Positions 22,701 through 33,038 of a DNA stretch of 64,000 bases are shown piece by piece. Each line of letters starts with the position of its first letter. Position 1 is the stretch's first letter. The notes beneath the pieces are model-generated. The model was not told where the DNA came from. It saw only the letters and a list, made by a program, of their open reading frames with translations, and did no database searches. The stretch comes from Pecten maximus (Eukaryota). The stretch is from positions 12,834,001 through 12,898,000 of the forward strand of contig NC_047022.1 of the NCBI RefSeq assembly GCF_902652985.1. Direction: 5' to 3'. The position numbers and the translations under genes are program-made.

Positions 22701-25467
22701 CTGTATGCGTGTTCCTATAAGCTTTTACATATCTACGTGTTTTGATGCAATCATCACATAGTGTCATGCTATTTAAACGTTGACATTATAACAAATGGCT
22801 CTATTATCGGATACAGTGTTTAGTTTTAATGTGAAATACGTGTACAACGTACAGTATTGAATGCTTTAGTCATCTAGAAACACTACTAGAGGAGATTTTT
22901 CACAAAGCTTGTAGTTAAAGAACGGGAAGAGAAAAGAAACATTTTTTGACAAAGTTCGAAAACTTTCTGGAATAAAGAAAGTTTCCCTGTCCACATTACT
23001 GTATCGAAATGACTCCATTTAGGGAAATATTTGCAACGCATGTAATGGATATGTCCATTACTGATGCGCAGATCAACTTGAACATGCATCATTTTTGCAT
23101 CTGTTAATGTTTGGGGCCGCGGCGGCCGAGTGATTAAGGTGTCCCGACACTTTATCAATAGCCCTCCACCTCTAGGTTGCGAGTTTGAAACTTACGTGGG
23201 ACAGTTGCCAGGTACTGTTAATTCACACGTTATTTTGTCCTGGTATTCAGATATAGTAGATCACAAATTATAGGTTATCACTCGCCATTCAACAGACAAT
23301 AGGCACATTATCGGGGATTATTACTATAATGACTGAGATGGCCTATAGCAGTTTTCTAACTGAAAAAAAAACCGGAAATGTTGAACTACATAACGTTGGT
23401 TTCTCCAATGTAGTATTTAATTATGATATTTTTGCCGACATTTTTTAATCTTGAAATGTGATATCGCTGTCAAACATTTGCGTTTTTGATCTTTTGATCT
23501 CCACTTGATTCGAATGGAACGCGTCAATCTATCACAATCCTGTACAGGGGAATGCCTAATCGGGTACCTCAAAAATCATACGAGATAAATACATGAAACT
23601 TAATATGGGTTACAGAATTACAAATTGCTATGATGGAGTGGAGTATTCGGTTTTCATTCCTATTGAACAAATAGACAACAGTATACGAAATGCAATCGAG
23701 ACAAATTACGTACATATTATATGTTTTTCTGTCGTGCTATCTTGTATTGCCGTAGAATCAAATTGTCTCCAGCCAGAATACGATTCTTCTCTTAAATATG
23801 AGTTATTCCTTTTGACTATTTCTTCTATATAAATTTCACTAATTAAACAGATTCCGACAATTTCTATCATCTTCGATACAGGGAATATTGATATTAACGC
23901 GAGTTTTATTTAATCATTTTTTGATGATGGTTGATCATTAAAATTAAAACATTCTGGATATAACTATAACGTCCTTCAGATATAAATTACTAAACCTGAA
24001 TATGTAGTATCCATCCAATATTCGTCTGATATCCACATCCTTATCGAATATCATTTCAGGCTGACGACACATCCGTTATCCGTCTGATATCCACACATTC
24101 ACATCCTTATCAAATATCATTTCAGGCCGACGACACATCCGTTATCCGTCTGATACCCACACATTCACATTCTTATCGAAAATCATTTCAGGCCGACGAC
24201 ACATCCGTTATCCGTCTGATATCCACACATTCACATTCTTATCGAATATCATTTCAGGCCGACGACACAACCGTTAACTGTATCCACCCAAAGTGTTCAA
24301 TGATTTCTCACATCGTTTGCTTATCTGAGAAGTTCCTTGCTCAGTCCAAAGAAAAGACAAAAGAAATAATTCCAATTGAAGGAAAATGCCCAAGCTGTAA
24401 ACAGTTGATGCTGTGGGGAGATATTATTAGATTCAAGATGGGCTGCTACCAGAACCTTGAGGAGGTAAAGTTCTTATCCTTTAATTTCCAACTAAGAAAA
24501 TCAAATGTTTGGTATTAACTATTAAATTTCATCAGTCCCCTACCGGTGAAACTGGTGGGACTATGGGGTTCCTATCTGTACGTCTTTTACGTAAGTCCAT
24601 CCTTCCGTTCGTCCAGCCTTCAATTAACAATTCTTGTAACCGCTTTTTCTTAGAAAGTACTGAATGGATCTATCTCAAATTTCATATGTAGGCTCCAAAG
24701 CGACCACTTTGAATTTTGACTATTGAAGTTTGTTACAGCTATTTCTCATAAAAATACTGTATGGATCTTTCTCAAATTGTGTATGTATGTTCCCCATGGT
24801 CCCTAGTTATTGCTAATTCTCGGAAATTTCTGGATCTTTATAACCTTTTGTAGGTTCCCCTTGGTACCTGGTTGTTTTTATTCATTTTTGAGACTGATCG
24901 AAAAACAAAATAGTCGATATGTAATCATTTTGAATTTTGACAGGCTGAAGTTTGATGTGGGTTCACCTTTGTATCTAGTTATGCATATTGAATTTGGAGA
25001 CTGATTGGAAAACAAAATAGCTAACAGGGGCCATCTTGAATTTCAAGTTTGTTTTCATTATTTCTTCAGAAGTACTGGACTAATATGTAGGTTCCCCTTG
25101 GTCCCTTGTTATGCATATTTAGTTTTGAATTTGATTTGGGAAAAATGGCCAAGTTTATTATCGCTGTTTCGTGTTCACAAAAGTTCTGCTTAAACTCCAG
25201 ATTTCATTTATAGGTTCCCTTGTTATTAAATAATTAAAAGGAAAATAGTAAACAAGGTTAATGTAGCGAAAAGATCGGTCTTATATATAACCAATAAATT
25301 TAATTAAATGGTGGGCGCCAATAACCCTTTGGGATCACTTGTTTTTTTGTTTTTGTTTTTTGTTTATATTTTGGAACCCAGAAATGTGCTAAAATCATGT
25401 TGTTGTTTTTTTACATTTGTAGTGTGCAAGCGACCAGGACCTTGACACCTCTGATGAGGATGATTAA
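13556..25467 (+). CDS. SLX1: Structure-specific endonuclease subunit SLX1 (spliced, 292 aa)
   Basis: Exons 13556-13728, 14569-14620, 15069-15470, 24258-24464 and 25423-25467 (879 nt, GT-AG, phases consistent). GIY-YIG ([56 protein letters not shown]) and C-terminal RING ([30 protein letters not shown]). Confidence 0.95.
13925..14167 (+). mobile_element. Pearl/HINE-like non-autonomous element fragment
   Basis: Shares CAAGTTTGAGTTTCA.GGTTTTTGG..AAGGTCA and the GGGCYGGTAG 3' segment with 53630-53870. Confidence 0.5.
14569..14620 (+). CDS. SLX1: SLX1 coding exon 2
   Basis: TTTTAG acceptor; [17 protein letters not shown]; GTATGG donor. Confidence 0.92.
15069..15470 (+). CDS. SLX1: SLX1 coding exon 3
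   Basis: TTTAG|TTTGAGTGG (FEWAWQ); GTAAGT donor. Confidence 0.92.
16200..16725 (-). mobile_element. Pearl/HINE-like (Helentron-associated) non-autonomous element
   Basis: Minus-strand start TTATTAGCTCACCTG with a short hairpin; two diverged internal core repeats of about 160 bp (CAAGGATGCTTCT..CAAATT.AGTC..ATCCATTC..ATGAC.AGTAG). Confidence 0.55.
16779..17043. mobile_element. Palindromic MITE remnant built of GCGAAAAGACGA/TCGTCTTTTCG units
   Basis: Multiple direct and inverted copies of GAAAAGACGAGAATTAA centred near 16895. Confidence 0.7.
17645..18470. repeat. 27-bp G-rich minisatellite (GGAGCAGAGGGTTCCAAAGGATGGAGG)
   Basis: About 30 units; explains the 9-aa-periodic ORFs ([18 protein letters not shown]). 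Confidence 0.95.
18882..20491 (-). pseudogene. Nested antisense, decayed secreted zinc-metalloprotease (metzincin-like) gene
   Basis: ATG|GTAAGC at 20491; exons about 20417-20036 (signal-peptide-like; TAA at 20115-20117), 19915-19749 (donor mutated to ATAAGT), 19651-19506, 19245-about 19035 ([14 protein letters not shown] at about 19150-19109) and 18939-18882 (..MDKSLYG*). Internal stops and phase mismatches. Confidence 0.55.
20535..20706 (-). mobile_element. SINE family A copy with internal deletion
   Basis: Homologous to 7798-8027 but lacking the B-box segment. Confidence 0.88.
21662..21929. repeat. 37-bp minisatellite (ATATACTTACCATAGCTGATTATAGTTGTCAYTGTAA), 7 copies
   Basis: Tandem units; minus strand reads CAGCTATG|GTAAGTATAT in six of them. 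Confidence 0.95.
23113..23217 (+). mobile_element. SINE family A, 5' half only
   Basis: GGGGCCGCGGCGGCCGAGTGATTAAGGTGTCCCGACAC... ending at GGTACTG. Confidence 0.85.
24023..24276 (+). repeat. 66-bp tandem repeat spanning the SLX1 intron 3/exon 4 boundary
   Basis: ATCATTTCAG|GCYGACGACACA recurs with exon starts at 24060, 24126, 24192 and 24258. Confidence 0.95.
24258..24464 (+). CDS. SLX1: SLX1 coding exon 4 (RING); alternative in-frame acceptors at 24060, 24126 and 24192
   Basis: TTTCAG|GCC; [22 protein letters not shown]; GAG|GTAAAG donor. Confidence 0.88.
24534..25345 (+). mobile_element. Pearl/HINE-like non-autonomous element with internal tandem cores
   Basis: 5' hairpin AGTCCCCTACCGGTGAAACTGGTGGGACT, degenerate (CCGT)n tract, repeated TAGGTTCCCCTTGG cores; same head as 53630. 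Confidence 0.65.
25423..25467 (+). CDS. SLX1: SLX1 terminal coding exon
   Basis: Polypyrimidine tract and TGTAG acceptor; [14 protein letters not shown] acidic tail. Confidence 0.75.
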   Translation, partial: CASDQDLDTSDEDD

Positions 25468-27624
25468 TTTAGCTTATCATGGACTTCAAAACATGTGATA
25501 CCGCCGAAATCGTAATTGAAATCGTACTTTGATGTTAGCCATCATGGCGGAAATAACCACGGCACTTGATTTGGCAATATTTTTAGTCTGTAATAAGCTT
25601 TTAATTCGTGTAATAAAAGTGGCCCCGGCTGATGAAACACTACAATCTTGCTATGAAATGATAATTAGTGTAAAGGTCATTTGCTTACATATCTTTCGAC
25701 AACACCTGTAAAATTGATTGTGTTATCAGGATGTGAATTCAGGAACTCTTCTTTCCCTTATAATGAACCCGTCTGGATCACAAGGCCGGGTTTGCCCCTG
25801 TAGTGTTTGTCAATGTTTTCAGAAACGAAATGTGTGTAGATTCTTTGTGGTGAAGAGACTGGCCCAAGTGTAGCATTTCTGTGGCCGAGATACGGGCCCA
25901 ATTGTTGCTTCCTTGTGGCTGAGATAGGGATCCAAGTTGTAGCTTTCTTGTGACGAGAGAAACTGGCATACATATTAAATTGTGTTAGATTTTGACGTCA
26001 TGATGTAGACAGCAGAAATTATCCAATTGACGCAAATAGCATGTACAAATGTAGATGGTTTCAGAGAAAGGTAATGAAAATTGGCGTTAACTATAAGTTT
26101 TGCATTACTTTTTGATTGTCAATAAACGCTGATAAATTGTGATGACATTGGATTCGTGTTCCATAATTCACATCTACGAGGTACATAAGCATATTCTGAT
26201 GTTGTTTCTATACATTTATGTGAATTATTATAATTTAAATGAAATTAAACTAAGCAAATTTTGAAAAAGTTGTTAAGTTATATTTTTAGATTGAAAACTT
26301 GTTCGCTCAGTTATTAAAAAAACAACTAAGAAATTGCAGCATAAGATCGTGATATTTTTAATGAGTTTAATATGCTGTATTGTATAAAGATCACAACAAA
26401 TGGAAAAATACCCTGTTTTATGAGCCAGAACTGACAATAAATAAAATAGAAAGAAGACTGTAGTGACGATTTCTGCGATCATTCAAATACATGTATGTTA
26501 CTGTCGTTAGTTGTTTCTACAATACCAATTCCGTGAATTTCTATCGGGATAAGTGCGTGAAAATAGATATATATAAGAGTCAATGTTTATCAGTACTTAG
26601 AGTTGTTAAGTTGAATTGAATCCTCAGTGACGTAAGAAGATAGGCAACTTTGACAATGCTATGTCAAGATATTGTCTCAAAATTCGTTGTTTTGGAAAAA
26701 ATACTGTTGATTCTACCAAAAAATCCACATACATTAATCATAACAGTTTATAAATTCGTTGATGTATCAGTTCATTGATTCAGAGTTCCACAACATGAAC
26801 GAAAATATATCCTGGCGAAAATTTATGATCTTGCAGGACTCCCCATACTGTACGGAAATATACAATATAAAGACACGTATTTTCAATATGATTTTAATTA
26901 CAACTGCTGGAACACAAATATTTCTTTTTAATTAACATTTAACAGAAAACCATATTCAATAATACATCTTTAAAAAAAAGTATTTATCACAGCTGATTTG
27001 AGTAGCATTTGATGAAGATTTCGACCATGGTGTAATATACATGTCTGAATCAAGTAGTCATAGTGTATTTGAATTTTTCAATTTATAATACATCGAATAT
27101 TTGTGGTTGATTTCGTTCGTGTTTACACATTTCTTATTTCTAATAAAATGTAAAAGAGAATGCAAGTTTCCCCATGGTATATACAGAATTTTATCAAATT
27201 TTACATATAAATGCACTTTGTTGGCACAGTATATATACATAAGTATATGACGTTATGTGTAAATCTTAGTTCAGTTTGAACTCCCTACCTACAATATGTC
27301 CAACCACTTTGTAAATACAAACACCTATTTTTAGAAACAACATCTGGAACTGAGACATTTTATTAAAATTAATTTATATATTTGTCAATAGTTGAGATCA
27401 AAACACTTTTTTAATACGACGATACACAATATTATTTAAATGTCGCTCATCTGTGATGTAAACAGAAACATCATATAAACATTTTGCTTTGGACTACATG
27501 ACTTGATGATTATTGCTGTCGTGCTTTTAAGAAATCGAAACTCAATTCACATCGCCATCAAAAGCCATAAACCGTTTTTAACTAACAAATGATTTCAACA
27601 CGTTATGATGAAATATTACGTCAT

Positions 27625-27861
27625 CTGTGGACCTTTTCACGAAAGTTCGTAAGTGTAATTTTGATCGTTAGAGTAAATTTACGATTATGGTGGTTTTCAC
27701 TAAAGAACTTACGAAAATCTTAAGTGCTAAATTCATCATAATTCTACGAGAACACATAACCCACTCGTAAGTATGATCGTATCAGTTTTCGTATGAGTAA
27801 AAATAAGCTTTCGTGAAAACCACTTCGTAATCGTAAGAATCTTTCGTGAAAAGGTCTCCTG
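27625..27861. mobile_element. MITE with TIR GACCTTTTCACGAAAG / CTTTCGTGAAAAGGTC
   Basis: Terminal inverted repeats plus internal TTACGA/TCGTAA sub-repeats. Confidence 0.8.
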
Positions 27862-28458
27862 ATGCTTTAGTCGAAGCATTAAATAAAGCATTTCCATTAT
27901 AACAAGAACGCTTCATTTTAATCTACACAAACTGATGGCAGTGTACGTATATTTCGTTTTGAAGACAAAGGAATAATGCAGTTACCTCCCTTTACCTTCT
28001 CCTTTAACAATGCAGCTATAGATTAGTTTAAAAGGACATTTGAAAATCTAATACAGTATTATACAACTTATACTAGTTGGCACACCACACGCAATATATG
28101 AATGATTCTCGATGGTTTCGTGTAGCTTTTGTCTATGGTAATTGAGTGAGATCATCAACCTTTATCCAGACAGAGAAGTTTGATCGATAAAAGAAATGTC
28201 CCATATGCTATGTTTAGTGTATAAGGTTGAATGCATATTTCTGTAGATAACGCACTTACATATCAACGAATTATTACATTTTCTTTTTTTGAAAGTGTAC
28301 TTAATGTTGTAGTGCCTATTTTCTATCTTCTTGAAATATCCATTATGCAATGATAAATCTTATTCGTTGTCATTTCAAGTTTTAACATAAGGACAAAAAC
28401 ACGGCAATAAAATATTTGATAAATAATAATTGTGTACAACAGTTATTAGGCGGTTTAT

Positions 28459-31400
28459 CTACTGAATTACACAAGCTTCGGACCTGACTTGACTAGTTTG
28501 CCTCGTTACTCTTACTGCAGTGGATATCATCTGGCGCGAGGGAGGACGCCTGCTTTCTGCCCTGGCGCTCTGTATCCGCGCTGACAGTCTAACTAGGTCC
28601 GGAGTCTTACACGACATTCGCCGGATATCCTCTTTGATGAGATGTTCCTTACTAGATCTGCTTGAATCAGGTACATGTAACCGACTAGGAAAGTGTTCAA
28701 TGATATCTCTGACTGGGTCAGAAAGTTCCAAGATCAGGCTTAGGATTAAAACCCGTCCGTCTTCACACCCAACAGCAACTGTTCTGTCATCAGCACCCAC
28801 ATTTAAACACGTTGCCCGGCCATGCACGAACATATGACCCTTCAAAAACCCGTCATTTGAACGTGTCACAAGGACTTCTCGTAGATTGCATGAAAGTCCT
28901 ACAACATACCTTCCGTCCAATGCCAAACATGCAGTGCCAGGCGCAAACTCCGTTTCTGATCTACATCTTGTTGTATAATTACACCCACTGTAGATGTTCG
29001 TCTTGCTATCGAGGACAACGCTGAACCTAGAAGAAAATTGAATGTTGTTAATGTCTGTGCTTGGTTCCAAGAAGGATGAGATATGTTTGAGACAGACCTC
29101 TTTCTCGACGTTGTATAGTAATGCACCTTTTTCAATATTCTGTGGTCTTATAATTCCTGACGCAGCATCGAACGTATAGCTCTCCACATTGTTTCCATAG
29201 ATGAGGAACACGTTGTCGTTCTCAACAGGAAACGCGTCGAGGAACTGCGAGGTTTCATCTGCTTCTGGTAAAGCATTTTGAACTCTCAGAAATATACATT
29301 CATTCCCAGCTTGTGAGAGATCTCGGACGAGAAGACGTATCTCATGCCAGCGGATGGACTCCATAAATGATTCTGAGCTCTCTTTCTTCATACATGTCTG
29401 CACGACACACATAAAATAATTTGTCGTGTCCGTTGTTAGAATTTTTGGAGTGGAGACAAACTCTGTGTTCTTGGGAAAATCAAGAGATGCGCTGCTTCCC
29501 GAGTCCGGTTGAAGAAGGATAAGGTTGTACGCGTTTTCTGCCCAGTCGAATTGTGAGTGTTTCTGGCAAGCGACCATCAGACATAGCTCACTGTTCTTGC
29601 TGAAAACAACGAATCTGTTATTCTGTAGCTGATAAACCTTCCTGTTGGCTGACATGTCCCAGATAATATCATCTCTTAAAATCTTCCATTCTGCATCATC
29701 TTCATCTTGATCTGACGTTCGATATGCACGGGTAAGTATGTACCGACCGTTTTGAGAGAAGGATACCTCTTTAATCTGGTCTTCCGACTCAAGGCTGTGT
29801 TGGATGATATCTGTTACTCGACCGTCGTCCATGGTCATCACTTTCGCCTCCGGAACTCTGCTTTCGAAGGCGACTACCTGTCCACATTCAGATGAGACTG
29901 ACAAACCTTTGACGGGACCTGGAAAGATCTCGTTGGAGTGGAAAATGTCTGAATCTAAATTATCTAGATTCCAAACCTGGAAGGAATTGTCCTCCAAAAG
30001 GCTGACGCACTTATTGACCGCCTCGGATGTGAACATCTTTGTAATCGAAGATACGGATGCATGCAGAACTCGAAGTGGTTCGCCATTTTGTGCGCTCCAA
30101 ACTGCTAGATACGTGTAACGTGACGCCACGATCAGTTCATCCTCTGGTGTAAACCCAGCACCAGTGTATTGTGATGAGGGATCTACAAATATCCCGTTAG
30201 GAAGTTGTTGATACTGCCTGATAATCTTCTCCGTGTCGACATCGACTTGGTACAAACATTTTGCAGATCTCACCAGTAAGTATTTCTCAGTGTGTGATAA
30301 GACACACTCCTTCGTCTCGAGGTCAGTGAGGATACAGTTAGTATTGTATTTCCTATTGAAAATGTCAAAGAAAACTGATTCAACCATCTTACTCCTTGTG
30401 AGTACAAAACATGTCAAAGACTTGCTGATAAAGATGATATCCTGTGGAACGTCACTTGTTTGAGCAACGCACTTTCTCTCCATTAGCGGTAACTCGTACA
30501 GTATGAGCGTCCTTCCAGAGTTGAAGGTTAAATGAGTATCGTTCGGATTGATTGCGACCGCGTGAGTGTGAAAGCTGAACTTGTGCAGAAGGGCACATCG
30601 TTGGAGATCTATAACATATGGCCCAGCTCCTTTTTCTATTGCAAATACTAGGTACTTGTTTGATACTTCCAGGTCAGACATCGTGCCTAGCCCATATTCA
30701 ACTTCTCCGTGCAATTCGCCACAGTCTGACTTGAAAATTTTAACCGAGCGATCATTTTGGAAAACATTTAAATATTTGCCGTTTCTTGTTGGATGAATTT
30801 CCCCGACTGGCATCATCATGTCAGGTCGTGGATCGCCTCGCGATAATTCCCATACTCGAACTCTTGAGCTGTAGTAAGGTTTCGCTGTAAGCAAAATGCC
30901 ATCTTCACTTGAGAATACGTCAATATCTACTGGACAGTACACATTACCGCCGACGTCACATTCGTACTGTAGCGGGCCACCAGGGGCGCTATATATCTGG
31001 CATTTTGGCACTAACGGACAGAACTTCTGTTCAGCAAGATCGCACTGACGTATTAACTGTTTGATGTTAGGGTAGGTCTTGATATGTGGAATCAGTCGTC
31101 CAGTAAGCTCAACACCTAGCGTGTTTAAATCCATCTCAAGAGCCGAGCCCGACATTCTGAGAGCGTCGCCAACCAAAGCTGTTTGTCTGTCCTCAAACAT
31201 GTCGATATCGGTCAACAGTTGCTGCAAAGAAGACGACTTTATGCGATAGTATAGATGATCAAAATTGCATAATGCTTTTTCACGAAGGTCGTCGTATCGT
31301 TCACTCATCATTAGACTGTATGGCAGCTGTGTCATCTTACGGAGATTGTATCGTTCGTCCACAATTGACGTCCCAAATAAATAGGGTTGTTTTGGAAGTA

Positions 31401-33038
31401 ATCGACAGGCTTCGCTCTCGGCGTTTACAATCTTTCGTTTCGTCATGAGCAGCGACGGATACTGAAACGGTTTTTTTCTCGCCCCACTCCACTTTCCTAA
31501 GTAGTAATCGGCAATGTTTGTGTGAATCTGCTGTGAGAATGTCTCGTCTCCGAGATAGCGGCATTCTGCGACAGATGAAAACAAGCGGCATTTCCAAAAC
31601 ATCACAAAAATGCCGTCCATTTCTCTCTCCTCAATGTAATCATCTAGTTCGTGTTTGATGGCAGTGAATAGTCTCGGCAGGAATCGTCTAAGTGGCGGGT
31701 GCCATTCGACATATAGATTGTTCAAGAGCACATCATCGACGGAAAGTATGTCGAATAGTTCGTTCTCGCTGAGTCCGGCTTTCGATGCAGTAATATATCC
31801 TAGTACAGTCGATACCAGAGCTCTACCATGTTTCTGCTCCAGACGATCCAACACGGAGTTAACAATCTCTTCGACACACGACCCCAATGATGTCGTATTT
31901 GAGTCATCGAATGACCTCCATCGACACACTTCACTGAAGACTAATGTGACGTACAGGGGTTGTGTAGACATCTTAAATGCGTCTTTGATCGTTTTCCACT
32001 GGTTGTACGTCACAGCCAGTTCACGATTGTTCATCAATAATTTCACCATGTCCTCACAATCCGTAGAACTGAACGGACTTAATTCATGGATATTTGTGGG
32101 ACATTTGTTCGTCAGTCGTTGTAAAGTATCCTTACTTTCCGTGCTTGAGGTGACAACGATTTTGATATTGGCCGCTATACGAGACGGCAACCATTCCAGT
32201 TTGTGTCCATTGTCACATGTAGACAACACGTTAAGTGAATCCAAAAGAATGATGATCATGCCCCCAAACTCGCCACGTTGAAGCAGGTCAATGAAGTAGA
32301 GCTTTAATGTCTTGTAATCACTAGGAACCTCGTGACGGTATTTCCCCATTGCAAAAGCAAGTTGGTGACACACCGAATATAACAATTGCTGAGCTGAAAG
32401 TGATTTCTGTGTTTTCCCTAAAAACCTACAGACAATTGAAGTTCTCATTGCTAGATCGTTGTTCTGTATTGCCACGTTAATGTCTAAAGCTATTTTTGCC
32501 ATGACTGATGACTTTCCACTCCCGGCCCCGCCACAGATAACTAAAGGCTGGTCTGTTTCTGAAAGAAGATACTCTTTAACGGCAGCAAGAATGTCTGAAC
32601 GGCCGTGAAAGTTTGGACACAGTTTCGTTGCAATATTATGATGTTGTAATACTTCGTTGTAAAGTTCGTCTTCTACCAAAGGGTTCCGTTTCTCTACGGC
32701 CCTGTCGACTAGAGTTTTCACGGAATTGAACATTTTTCGAGCTAAAGCTTTGAGATATTCTTCTCGTTTCGGATTTTTCAAGCCATTCCCAGTCCATTCA
32801 GTTTCTGACTCATCAATATTCGAAGTAGGAAGAAGAAATTTTAGCGTGGATTTGAGGTCATCCAGTTCTTGAACACTGGTATTATCAACGTTCTGGTTTA
32901 TCGGATTGAAATCAATGTAATCGCTTTTGACACTGTCGCTCTGAAGCTTGTCCGTATTTGTGAATTCTCGAATATAAATTAAACTTTTATCTGCTCTGGA
33001 TTCTGGTGAAAGCTCGTAGAGTCCTTCCATGTGCAAGT
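28459..33038 (-). CDS. NWD-like terminal exon (4.58 kb; NACHT and WD40)
   Basis: TTTCAG acceptor, phase 1; 1532-aa ORF. Confidence 0.93.

Noticed and set aside
25625-25660. Hammerhead ribozyme (CTGATGA...GAAA)
   Set aside because: No stem II pairing between the core motifs.
28520-32281. Plus-strand ORFs up to 208 aa
   Set aside because: Antisense shadows of the NWD-like exon.
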